DNA of 64,000 nt, taken from the NCBI GenBank assembly GCA_016748015.1, contig JAAOMT010000046.1, forward strand, positions 768,697 through 832,696. The letters are read 5' to 3'. The DNA comes from Geosiphon pyriformis uo1. Its lineage: Eukaryota > Fungi > Glomeromycota. Numbering within the stretch: position 1 is the stretch's first letter; each line of letters opens with the position of its first letter. The notes below the pieces were generated by a model. The model searched no databases. It was not told the origin of the DNA and worked only from the letters and a program-made list of their open reading frames with translations. Positions 22,652 to 35,923 of the stretch are shown piece after piece. The position numbers were made by a program, and so were the translations under genes.

Positions 22652-24714
22652 ATGAATATATAAAAATACCAACAACTCCAATATTACATAAATACACAAT
22701 TATTCAAGGAGAAATTATCTCAAAAGAAACAAAACAACATAAAACAACAATCAAAATATTTTATCAACCATCAAAATATACTTTACTAGAAAAACAAAAG
22801 AAATCCAGATCAATTAATCAGAGTAATTACAGAATCAAAGAAAGAGACAATATTATTTAACATGCATTCAGATCTAACAACAGAATATTTTCACAAAGAA
22901 GTAATCATGGAAAGAATTAAAAAGAGATATTATTGGCCATCAATGTATCCAGACATCATCCAATATGTTCAAAATTGTGATGCTTGTCAGAAAAGAGGAG
23001 AAACAAGACCCAGTAAATCGTTAAGACCAATCAAAGTGGAACAACCATTTGATCACATTAAAATTGACTTAATCAGACTATTAACAATAACCAACAAAGA
23101 CAACAGATATATTGTAGTAGTTATGGACTATTTTACAAAATGGCCAAAAGCAAAAGCCATTTAAAGAGCAAATACAGAATCCATTGCCAAATTTGTTTAT
23201 CAAGATTTAATCTGTTGACACAGATGTCCAAAAAAACTATTATTAGATCAAAAAACTCACTTTGTGAATAGAACATTGACAGAATTAAGTCAAAGATTTG
23301 GGATAAAAAGACCATTATTATCATCATACCATTTATAAACAAATGGGTTAGTTGAAAAGTTTAACAGAACATTGTGTAAAGCAATTGCCAAAATCAGCCA
23401 AGAAAACCAGGATGAATGGGATTTGTTCATACCATCAGTATTATTTGCTTACCAGACAATAAAGCAAGATACTACACAAGCAACACTATTTAAATTAGTA
23501 TATGGTAGAACAGCAACATTACCAATTAAGATAGAAGTCAAAACATATTTAACAAAACCAATAACAGAAGAGAATTTTCAAAGAACATTGTTGAGAAAAA
23601 CATATGACTTAATGAAGACACTAGAAAACAAATGGTGAAAAGCAGCTAATAACATCCAAAAGTTACAAGAAAAACAAAAAGAAAGACATAATAACCAATT
23701 ACCAGATAAACCAGTTAATTTCAGGATTGGAAACAAAGTACTTTTACATCATACCAAAGCAGAAAAACAATGGAATGGAAAATTTGACTCCAAATGGGAC
23801 AAACCATTTTACATAGAAAAAATTCTAGAAAATAAAGCTTATAAATTAAGGTTAAACAACAAAATTTTAACCAAAACAGCACATAAAAATCGACTAAAAC
23901 TATATCAAAATATAGCATTAGCATCCATCAGTAATATTCCACAACTAAAAGCATAGAAAATATTAGTTCAACCAGATGAGATTCTACAAGATCTGAAACC
24001 AATCATAGTTATTAAACCAAACACATCAAATTGAACAATTAAAAGAGTATATAAAAACACAGTATATGCAACAAAAGCAACAAAAAAAAAAAAAAAATAT
24101 CAGACCATATTTACACTTTAGCTCAACAATTGTTTCAGGCTTTAAATCAACAGCAAATAAACATAGAAATTATCATCAACAACCAAACAATCTGTTATCA
24201 AAACACCAAACAAAAAAAGAAAAGTACACCATACCAGTGATCACAGAAACAATCAATAAACTGGTTAGATAAAATAGTAGAGAAAATAAAAAACACTTTT
24301 AGAAAGATAACCATCATTGTTCCAACAAAAAAAAATTAGAACTAATAGATAGACCAACTTCTAATACCATACTGTTACTATTAATTGGGACGAAAAGTAG
24401 ATATTCAGAAGTTATATTTTGACAAATCCAAGAGAATCTTCAATTAAGAGATAATCCGGAATATTAAAAACATTATTGAAAAGAAAACAAACTTGACATT
24501 ACACATCAGGACTATTTATTAACTACACACTATATTTCAAAACTACCTAAAAGTATTGTTACACTTTGACATAGAAACAATAACCATCAACCAATGGGAA
24601 AGAATGAACAACTTCCAAATTAAAAGAATAAAGAGTAGGATGAAACAGATGCTACTTGAAAAAAAAATATTTGACATAATTCAAAATAAAAATTTCAATG
24701 GAGCTCAATATTAA
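22652..24714 (+). pseudogene. E2 integrase ORF plus C-terminal extension (degenerate)
   Basis: ORFs 22862-23164 (RYYWP..CDACQ..DYFTKWP) and 23372-23638; ends FNGAQY-TAA at 24712-24714. Confidence 0.87.
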
Positions 24715-24727
24715 AAGGAGAAGATAA

Positions 24728-25610
24728 TGTTACTCATAAAAAAAACAGATATAAAAAATAGTAGACCAATAAGGGAGTAGTAGTTAGCACATAAGCATAT
24801 TGCTTAACAATATAAAGCAATATCAGAAATTATAACACATTGCTCAGTAATGTAGAGCAATGTTAGAAATTAGAGCATATTGCTTAGCAATGTAAGCATT
24901 GCTCAAGAAATCATAGCACATTGCTCAAGAATGTAAGTAATCTCATAGAACATAAATTAGGTATATATAGCAGTAGCATTAGAAGCAGAAAAGACAGACC
25001 TCTTAGTTTAAATTTGATCTAAGCAATCTTTTATATCACAAATATCAATAAATAATTATTCAATATCTTAAATTCACTTCTCACTATTAACACTTTATAT
25101 TAATAGTAATTGATACTTAAACTACACTAGAACAATAGCTCTTGATCATGGCTATTTAATGGAATACTAACATTTATTGCCTTGGCTTATTTCTTTATTT
25201 TTTTTTCTTTTTTTTTCTTTTGTTATTTTTTGTTGTGTATTAATTGATTAAAGGATTAAAGCACTGAGTTACTGATGTCAAGATATAGCACTGGTAAAAA
25301 ATTCAGGAATAAGAGTAAACACTCAAATTTGAGAATAGCTTATCAGGAGATTGCTGACCACCATGCCGAGAAAAGAATTGACAGAATTGCAATTCCAGGA
25401 AGCAATGGACAACAACTATTTTAACCCATGAGTTAACATTGAAAACACTATTTAAAGAAAATCACATTAAAATCTCTGTTTATTATACAAAGAACTTAAC
25501 CAAAATCTTCAGATACAGTTAATTTTTAGAAACCAACATTATTAGATTAATTAAGCACCAAGTTACAGGTTTGTTATTTGCTTTGAAACCCCAAATAATC
25601 ACTTGTAATA
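24728..25610 (+). repeat. 3' LTR of E2 (883 bp) with ~40-bp ACATTGCTnAGCAATGT array
   Basis: Follows PPT AAAAGGAGAAGATAA; TGTTAC...GTAATA; R/U5 homologous to E3/E4 LTRs. Confidence 0.87.
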
Positions 25611-28600
25611 CTGGTTGTTAGATGAAACATCTTCTGAAATAACCAGGAGACTTAAATAGTGTGAGAAATTCGGGTTTTAGGCATATCTAGTTTCCAAATT
25701 CTAAGAGCATATTTTTGATTGTTGAGTGAAAAAGCTGGGAATTGGTTAATGGACAACTATTGGCAATCTCCAGTTTTGTTGTATTATTCTTGGCCTTTGT
25801 GTTCTAGTTTAAAATAAGTTTTGTGGTGGTGTTTGAATTTGTTGAGACTGGTATATTACTTGCAGCTATGGTTAATAAATGACAGGTGTTGTTGGCTAAT
25901 AAATTGGAGATTAATATACTGGTGGTTGATAAATTGGCTGTTGTATTATTTGAGTATAATGAGATGAGTATTGATTTTGATTTGTGTATTGATTCAGAGT
26001 TTGAAACTTGCAATTGGGGTTTCAATATTGATTTTCCAATTGTGAGTTATTATTATAAGAATTGTAATCAATTCTCAAATGGCCTTGTTTACCACAATTG
26101 TGGCAGATACATGTCTCTTGCTGCCATGGCTAATTGAATAATAATAAAAGACATGACTGATTTTGGGAGTGATTCACATTTCCAGAATTATTGTATTATT
26201 GAGATGGCTAATAAATTGTGCAATTATTAGTTAAGTATCCTTCTAATTTCTGATTAATTGAATTACTGAGTTGTTTCAATTTGGAATTCAAGTTAGATGA
26301 TTCATTTATAACTAGGTTTACGGCTTGGGTGTGGTTAGCCTCTAATTTAGTAGCTTTAAAATCTCTAGCATTGGTGACTGCAGCTTGTAAGTTGGCTGGA
26401 TGCAGTGAATATATGCATTGCAAGATACTGCTGTGTAATTTACAAATAAATTGATTTAGGATTTGAGCCACTGTAAAATAATTGGCATTAATTGCTTGTA
26501 TCTGGTGCAGATTCCTATAGAAGTGTTCTAAGTAAGTGGTGACAGCTTCAGTTTTCTCTTGTTTTATGGTGGTGAAAGTGTTGGCTAACTGGTTGATGCT
26601 GTTATTGTTGCTAAAATATCTCAAGAACTCAAGCTTAAAGGCATTGAAATTCTGAGGTTTGTTGACCAAGCTTTAATATCATGAGTCAATAGTATTTTGG
26701 AAAAAGTATGGAATGGTTTGCATGACTCATGTATTATTCTATTTATTGGCTGTGATGGCTTTTTCCACATCATTTAGCCATACTTGGGCATCGTCTTCTT
26801 TACCAGTGAATTTTTTGAGTTTTGCTATTGGAACATAGGCCATTGGATCCAAGTTTGGTTGTTGTGATAGTTAAAGTAGTAATTACTAAGGTAGTATTTG
26901 TGGCTATTGAATCAGTTTAACAGTTAATTCAATTGGTGGCTGATTGATTATGTTTATTGAAAGTAAGTGTTGTTGATTAATTATGTCAAGGTTGTAATTG
27001 TTCTGATTTTTCTGAATTTGAATATTCGGAGTTTGATTTTCTGGATTTTCTGTGATTGGATTTTGTTTATTAATTTTCTGATTACTGTTTTCTTCTTTCT
27101 TAGAGTCAGTTATTTCCCAGAAACTGGTGGTTCTGAAATCTGGTTGTGGTGGTAGTAATTAAATTTCTGATGGTGTTGTGAATTATGACTTAAATTCCTC
27201 AAAATAATTATTATATATTCCTAATAACTCTGTTTTCTTTTGTTTGCTTTGGAATGAGATTCTGTTTAGTGGTATTGTCATGTTTGTGATAGCTGTGCTT
27301 GTTATATTGATAGTACTTCCAGATGTGTGGTAATATAATGGATTAGCAGGTAAATCAAATCTTTGTTTCTTCCAAGTGGGTAATTGGATTTGCTTTGGTG
27401 TTCTTGCTGAAGTTTGTAACCTTCCTTTTTTTTTGTTGGCAAAAGTGATAAAAAATCTTTGCTTAGTGTATTTTTCAATTTTCCTGTTTATTTCTGTGAT
27501 TAGTGGTGCAAATAAATAGTTTTGTGGAAGGATAGTGCTTTGGAGTAGTTTACTGAAAAAATTGTTGAAGGCAGATTCTGGATTTCCTTGGCCTTCCAAA
27601 TAATATACTATTTTCTCATTGATATAGCAGTTAAAAGCTGATTTTGTTGGCCAACTATTATTTGTTAATCCAAAATAGGTGTAATAATATTGAAATAAAG
27701 ATTTTACAAATCCCAAATGGTTTGTTTCTATTTCTTTGAATTCTGCTACTGTTTCAGATGAGTGTTGTTGATGCTAGTTTTCTGTTGGATTATATCTTAC
27801 AGAGAGCACCAAATGTTACAAGTAATTATTTGGAGTCTCAAAGCAAATAACAAATCCGTAACTTGGTGTTTAATTGATATAATGATGTTGGTCTTTGAAA
27901 GTTTTGGTGAAGTTCTTTGTATAATGAACAGAGATTTAATTAATAGTTTTATCCATAGTTTTCCAAAACTGCAGTTTTGTTAATTTTTTTTTAGCATAAT
28001 GGCCAGTAATTCTTCTGGTAAGATATTCTTAATTCTGAGTGTTTACTCTTATTCTTGAGTCTTTTACCAGTACTATATCTTGACATCAGTACCTCTGCAT
28101 GTAAATCTTTTTAATCAAGTTAACAAAATAACAATGAAAATAAAAAACAAGAAAAAGAAATAAGAAAATAAGCCAAGATGATTTGCACATTAGTATCCCA
28201 TTAATAGCCATAATCAAAAGCTATTGTTTTAGTATAGTTAAATATGAATTGCTATTAATATCAAGTATTAATAGTGGAAAATATATGGAGATAGTAAATA
28301 ATTATTTTATTTATATTTGTGTTTAAAGGTTGCTTAGATGAAATCTAAACTAAGAGGTCTGTCTTTTCTACTTTTAACACTACTGTTATATATACATAAT
28401 TGAGATTCCTCAATTCTTCAATTCTTCACATCAGGAATCCTGAAATTCCTGAAATTCTGCAATTTCTTTAAGAGAAATCCTGGAATTCTGGAATCTTGCA
28501 ATTCCTTATATGAAAATCCTAAAATTTCTGGAATCTTGTAATTCCTCTGAAAGGAATTCTGAAATTCTACATTTACTACATCTACCTCTGATTGGCTAAT

Positions 28601-28638
28601 TTATATGCTAATATACTTCTTATATTTTATGAGTAACA
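25611..28638 (-). mobile_element. Ty3/Gypsy element E4: 5' LTR (27814-28638), PBS and gag; cut at the gag/protease linker by E2; inserted in E5 RNase H
   Basis: ORFs 27183-27716 and 26208-26669 homologous to E3 gag; LTR similar to E3 LTR; PBS GAGAGCACCA (plus) next to TGTTACA. Confidence 0.9.
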
Positions 28639-31600
28639 ACATCAATCCAAAAACAAAAATTTGGAGATGATCACCATACAAGATAGAAAATAGAACTATC
28701 ATTATTTAATTATACTGTATATTATAAAAAGAGAAAATAAATAAAAATGCCAACAGTTTGTCACAAATGAAACAAATCTAAAACATTTTAATTCAAAAAT
28801 ATAACAAAAAATAAATACACAAAAATATCAACAACTCTAATATTATATCAATATTCAACAGTTTAAAGAGAAATTATCTTAAAAAAAACAAAACAACATA
28901 AAACAACAATCAAAATATTTTATCATTTACTAAAATATACTATATTAGAAAAACAGAAAAGATTCAAACCAGCTACTCAGAGTAATCACAGAATTAGAGA
29001 AAAAACAATATTGTTTAATATGTATTCAAATTCAATTACAGAACATTTTTATAAAGAAACAATCATAGAAAGAACTAAAAAAATATATTATTGGCTATTT
29101 ATGTATCTAAATATTATTCAATATGTTCAAAATTGTGATATTTGTCAGAAAAAAAAAGAACAAGACCCAGTAAACCACTAAGACTAATTAAAATAGAACA
29201 ATCATTCAATTGAATTAGAATTAACTTAGTCAAACTATTAACAATAATCAGCAAAAACAATTAATATATAGTAGTAACTATAGACTATCTTACAAAATAG
29301 CCAGAAGCAAAAACAATTTAAAAAGTAGATACAGAATCTATAATCAAATTTGTTTACCAAGATTTAATTTATCAACATAGATGTTCAAAAAAATTATTAT
29401 TAAACCAAGAAATTCACTTTGTAAACAGAACATTAACAAAATTAAGTCAAAAATTTAGAATTAAGAGATTATTATTATTATCATCATATTATTTACAAAC
29501 AAATAGCTTAGTTGAAAAGTTTAACAGAACATTGTGTAAAACAATAGCCAAGATTAGTCAAAAAAATCAGAACAAATAAGATTTGTTCATATCATTAGTA
29601 TTATTTGTTTATTGAACAATAAAGCAAGATATCACACAAATAATACTATTTGAACTTGTTTATAATAGAACAGCAATATTACCAGTTAAGATAGATATTA
29701 ATACATATTTAACAGAACCAATAACAGAAGCCAACTTCCAAAAAACATTGCTGAAAAAAACATATAACTTAATAGAAATATTAAAAAACAAAAAGTAAAG
29801 AACAACAGATAACATCCAAAAGTTACAAACAAAACAAAAAAAACAACATAATAACCAATTACCAGATAAACCAGTCGAATTTAGAATTGGAAACAAAGTA
29901 CTCTTATATTATACTAAAGCAGAAAAACAATGAAGTGAAAAATTTGATTTCAAATAGAATAAACTATTTTATATTAAAAAAATTCTAAAAAATAGAACTT
30001 ATAAATTAAGATAGGACAACAAAATTTTAGCTAAAGCAGCATATAGAGATTGATTAAAATCATATTACAATATAATATTATTATCCACTAATAAAATTCT
30101 ATAATTAAGAATACAATAAATACTAATCCAACCAGATAAAATTCTTTAAGATTTAGAACTAATTATAATTATTAACACAAACATGTTAAATTAATCTACA
30201 AAAACAATATATAAAAAACTAATACACATAACAAAAATAAATGAAAAAATAGAAATCACTAATAACATTTATTTACTAGTTTAACAACTATTTTAACTAA
30301 TTAAACATAAAAAACTAAACATAAAAATTACAATCAATCAATAAACCATTTAATATACAAAAAAAAAATAGAAATTCCAATATAAAATACAATATAAAAT
30401 ATATAAAAAATATAAAAATATAATAGAAGATATAATAGTAAAAGTAAAAATATTCATAGAAACACCAAAAACAATAGTATTATACAAAAAATTAATGAAA
30501 AAAATTGAAAATAGTGGACACAACAATTTCCAAAAAACTTTTTCTATTATTACTTAAGACAAAAGCTTAATATCCAAAACTTATATATAGATAAAACAAA
30601 ATAAATATTTAATATAACAATATTATAATAACTCAAATAATTCATGAAAAAAACAATCTATCTACACAGACACAAGCAATATACTAGTTACAAACAGAGT
30701 TTTAAGACTGTTCAAAAATACTATTACATCCAACAATAAATACAATAACTATTAACCAATTGGAAAAAATTACCAATACTTAATTTAAAAAATTACAGAC
30801 CAATATTGCCCAAGTAATTCTCAAAAAAAAGTGATAAAACTAATCCAAAAAGGAGATTTAAGAGATTTTGATAAAGCTTAATATTAAAAAAAGAGAATAA
30901 TGTTATTTATAGAAATTAAGAATTATAATAATAAGTAAAATAACCAATCAGAAATATGTGTAGTAAAATAGAGAATTCCAGGATTTCTATTAAAAAATTC
31001 CAGGATTCCAAAGAATCTTGTATAACACAAATTATGTATATATAGCAAGAGTATTAAAAACAGAAATGGAATATTTAACTCAGATAAAACTGTAGCTAAT
31101 AATAACTATTTACTTTTATCTTTCCTTTCAAAAGATAGTTTTCTATGTTTTAAAGTGAAATCATATTAATATTAATAAAAATATTTTATTATTATTCAAT
31201 TTATATTATTATTAGTTGATTAAAAATATTAATCACTTTTATCACTATCAACACTCTATGTTGATAGACTTCAATACTTAACTATACTGAAACAATAGCT
31301 TTTAATCATGACTATTAACAAAATACCAATTTTTTATTTTTTATTTTATTTTATTTTGTTTTATTTTTTTGTTGTTTATTAATTAATTAAAAAAATTAAG
31401 TATTGAATATTTAATGTCAAATATAGTCTGGTAAAAAACCCAAAAACAAAAATAGAAATTTAAAAATAGCTTACCAAAAAGACATGACTATCAGAATAAA
31501 CTGGTCACTATGCTGAAAAAAAAAATTCACAAAAAAAATTTCCAATTAAATCTCTGTCTATTATACAAAAAACTCAACCAAAATCTTTAGACTCTAAAAC

Positions 31601-31687
31601 CTTTAAAAATTACCAATATTACTAATTATTAAACACCAAGTTATAGATTTGTTATTTGTTTAACATCCTAAATAATTACTTGTAACA
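28639..31687 (+). mobile_element. Ty3/Gypsy element E5 (most decayed): RNase H end, integrase and extension, PPT, 3' LTR 30901-31687
   Basis: Colinear with E2 22480-25610; TGTTA at 30901 after a purine tract; TAACA end at 31687. Confidence 0.87.
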
Positions 31688-34150
31688 ATATTTTGCACTA
31701 TTGTATCCTAAAAAACCATATTTACTACAAGTGTATTTTGTGTATGATTTTTTTTTTTTTTAGTAGCAAACTTATAATATTTGGTTTTTGGATATTTTTT
31801 ATGTTATAATACTAATGAATTTTTAACTTTGCTTAAGCTTATTTTTTTTATTGGCATCATCAACTTAATTGTTTTCTAGGACTTAGTCTTAATTTTGAAA
31901 TGTAGACACTACTTTTTTATGTTGGCTAATAAATTGTCTTAACCATATTATTATCTTATTATAATTGTTATATTTAATAGTAAGCTAAGTAGTCTGTCAT
32001 GCAAGTTTTCACACTTTATTATATTTTTGTTTTTTCTGTACTATAAGACATAAAACATTGATAATAGTCTTTAGTATAGTTAAAGAATTTGTAATTACTA
32101 TTTTATTAGAAAAATTTTTTGCAGCTTTTTGATTTACAAAACAAAAAGCTTCAGTAACTAATTATTATCTCTTTTTTCATTAGTATACTATCATAAAAAT
32201 ATTATTTGAATGTAAAATCCCACAATTTTTAAATATAACATTACTTGAAAATAGTGGTAATAAACAATATTACAAGATATATTAGACAAACATAAATAAA
32301 TATAAGAAACAGAATCAATAATTATAATAAAATATAAATATTTGCTGTTTTTTGGTCATAAATTTGTAATTTTCTAAACTTCTTTGATGTTTTTTTTATT
32401 GACTTCAATAATTATTAATTTCAATAAAATTTGTTTTATGTCATACAAATTCTTAATGAAATTATTTGTTATATTAAAACTGGAATTCTAAATATTAAAA
32501 TATTGTTAAATAAATAATTTAAAAAAATATACTAAAAAATAAATTCTTTTACCTTATCATAAATATTAATATTTAATAATAATTGATTTGTAATAAAATA
32601 TAGACATTGTGTTATTTCTAAATATTATATAAATAAGATATAAGATATAAGATATTAAATTATTTATTTGTTAACTTTAAAAAAGAGATTGTAATTAATT
32701 AATATAATTTTCATACAAGATAAGAGTATATAATATTCAAAAAAATAATTCTATTTTGCCTTACTTTCAAGTTTTGTATTTAATTTACTAGCAAAATTAT
32801 ACAAACTGCCATTTGCTAAAAGCATATATTTAATAATATTATTAAAGTCTTTAATATAAGAGGTAGTTTGAGTTTTTGCAGTAAATATTTTTAATATAAA
32901 TGCATAGATCTATGTTTGTTAACTAAGATAAAAAACTCTTATTAGATAATTTTTAGTATTAACATATGTTTTAGTAAGTTGTAATTATTATTTATAGAAA
33001 TCTTTTTTATATAAACTATTGTAATATAGAAAAAAATTGTGAACAAAGTTTTTATATTAATTGTAAAGCTTTGATTTAAGATTCTTTAATAAGTTTTTAT
33101 TAATGTGAAAAATACAATAAATTTGGTAGATTATTTTATATACTTGAACAATTGCTATATCTGTTACAAAATTAATATTGGTAATGAATACTAATAGTTT
33201 TGTCATTGTTGTTTTTTTATGTATTTTAGAATTATATGATTTGACAGTTTTATTTAATATAAAGACTTATATAACAAGATGTGATCTTGTATTATTGTCT
33301 ATAATAAAAAAGAAAGAAAATAGCATCTAATAGCAGTTGGTATTTGCTATATTGTTATTTAGAACAATATTATGATACTTTAATTAAAGAACAACTTATG
33401 TAAAAGACATTTAAAATACACAAGTAAGCTAATTTTTATTAATTCTAAACTTTACAATCTATTTGGGATTATTTGATTTGCAATTTATAAGAGTTGTTAA
33501 CAAGTAGAATATATTATGTTTTTTGTTGTCATAAACTTTAAATCTTTGTATTGTATTTGTAAGATTACAATCGAAAAAAAATGCTATTGGAAATTTCACT
33601 TTTAATAATTTTTTTTGGGTAATAATTAATAGATTTGTACATTTTGTAAAAAATCAGATCTTTTAAAGAATATTATTTAAAATTTTTTGATATGTTAAAA
33701 CATATTTTCTAGTGTTAATATATAATAAATAATTATGTATATTGTTAAGAATAGTAAAAATTATTTTGCATGAGTTTTTGGTGCAATTGATATTGACATG
33801 CTAACTATATTCTTAATATTTTAATTTAATGGTTTGATAATTTTGAACATTGATTTTTTTTTTGGTTTATATTAGCCATTAAATTTACATTCAAAAGTGC
33901 AATGTTTAATGTTGTTATCTGAATGTTGTTTTAATCTCTTTTAAATAACTCCAAATTTTTGTTGTTTATCATAAGTTTTCATAATTATATTAATATTTTT
34001 TTATATTTTAAAAACATAACTAGTGTAAAGTTTTATAGTTAAATAAATATAAAAAAATTTAACACTAAATATGACTAAAATTATACCCAAAAATTTTATT
34101 TCTATTTATAAGTACTTGATTACTTAATTGAAATAAGTCTTTATTAACAT
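31688..34150 (-). mobile_element. Decayed MULE/FAR1-related DNA transposase (right boundary approximate)
   Basis: Hand translation of minus strand: FAR1-like FGVI*KRL..CTFECKFNG..*HVNINC..NIHNY (~33720-33990); MULE core YHNIVLNNN..TNCY*M..IDNNTRSHL..FITN..YCIFHI..NLK..FTAKTQTTS (~32850-33470); decayed C-terminal Zn knuckle near 31690-31740. Confidence 0.8.
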
Positions 34151-34667
34151 GATTTTGGAGTTAATTGGTCAGTTTTACATTAAAAATAGGGTTTAAATTA
34201 GGATAAAAATAATTTTAACACATGGTTTTTTACTATACATATATACATACTCTTTTTTAAAAGCAAACTAATTATTTTTTTTGTCTTATGTTTACATTAA
34301 AATATTAATCTTAATACAATATATGACATATAATATATTATATTTAAAATTGCCAATATACTATTAACCACAATATTAATTGATACATTTAAGTAAATAT
34401 TATCTAGAATAATTTAAAGAGTTAAATTTTGTATAATCTGTTGCCTTTAATACTTTAGAATCTATAGCTTATATTTAAACAAAAAAAACTTTTTGTTGTG
34501 CAAGAATGAAAGCAGTTACACCAAAAATTTTGATGTGTTTTTATACTACAATATACAGATAGCACGTATCAAATTCAAAAACCATGTGATATAATATATG
34601 TGATTTATTTTTAACTAATAAAAATAATTAATATTATATAATTTAAAACAGATTGAAACGCCGATTA

Positions 34668-34712
34668 CTGCGCCATATATGGCACGCGTGACACGTGCCA
34701 TATATGGCGCAG
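34668..34712. promoter_or_regulatory. Perfect 19-bp inverted repeat with two CArG boxes, ACGCGT and CACGTG
   Basis: CTGCGCCATATATGGCACG-cgtgaca-CGTGCCATATATGGCGCAG; more CACGTG at ~34735 and ~34755. Confidence 0.6.
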
Positions 34713-35643
34713 CGACCGACGAAACAAATAAAGTCACGTGTCACAATATTAAATCACGTGCTTTTTCGAGGTTGTTACAAATCCAATATTTAATTATAAA
34801 TCTTTAGTTAAATTTTGTAATAATAATAATAATAATAATAGTAATAATTTTTAAATTAAATCATTAAATTATATCATTTAAATAAACTTTATACATGAAT
34901 TTTTAATTCAAGTAAATAAAATTACTATTCACTTGGAAAACATATTAAAAAACTTTACATATGACTTTTTAAATACATGTTTAAATGCTCAAATTATATA
35001 AAAAAAACATTATCCTTTTAGCCTAAACCCAGGATTTCATATATATATATAGAAATGATCACTTGTTGATTGTGTTGTCATCCTATTGTTTCGTAAGTCA
35101 TTACGTCATTATGTTATGATATAACTTAAAAAAAATCTTTTTTAATATAAAGTATGTCTTTGCCGATGAACGCATCTTGTAGATCAAAAATTTCGCGATA
35201 ATTGATCAATCCAGTATTAGCTTTTTTAAACCGTTGGTTGGGCGTGATGGTAGTTTGCCCACATATAAACTTACCAGAATCTAATAAAAATCAGGGTGGG
35301 GTTTGTTTCATTCAGGTGTTTAAATTCGCAAACATCGGAAAGTTTCCGAGCGACTGATACGACTTTTTGTCAGAGAAATTTGATCCGACTGTCAGTATAA
35401 TGTCTAAATCGGTGAATCAAAAGACTTAAATGACGCAACTAAAGCTTACAACTTAAAATGGACACATGTCCTGGGAAAAACTATCAATCATGATGTTTGA
35501 ATGACAATTTTTGTGATACACAAACCATCATTTCCTGATCTGGTGATCGATCTTGTAAATTAAAGCGGAGGTAAAACTCATATATATACACCTATAAGGT
35601 TTGCATGTAAGACAGAACAATTTATCTATAACAAATCTTGAAA

Positions 35644-35853
35644 ATGGCAAGTATCGACAACAATACCGAATTGGAGAGTCTTGCGAAAGAGTATCGTGGT
35701 CTGCGTAAGGTACATGAAAATAGTGAAGCGGGGGTTAAAGACGTTGAGAGGTATCTATATTTTTTTTTAGTAAAGAATTTTAAAGATGTATAACCCAAAG
35801 ATCAAGATTTTCATGTTTAAGTTTTCCCGCTTTTTAATGATAATTATAATAAT

Positions 35854-35923
<70 letters not shown>

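Larger units (their letters stand above)
7896..25610 (+). mobile_element. Ty3/Gypsy element E2 (5' part outside window), interrupted by E3, itself inserted in E4
   Basis: Gag zinc knuckle CHNCGK ~7970, protease ~8620-8920, Cys domain 9430-10080, dUTPase ~10300-10730, RT 11419-11975 resuming in frame at 22039, RNase H to 22621, integrase from 22652, PPT ~24713-24727, 3' LTR 24728-25610. Confidence 0.92.

Noticed and set aside
34668-34712. Helitron 3' hairpin
   Set aside because: No CTRR terminus a short distance downstream on either strand
35485-35545. Possible C/D box snoRNA
   Set aside because: Imperfect C box and no rRNA-complementary guide that I could identify
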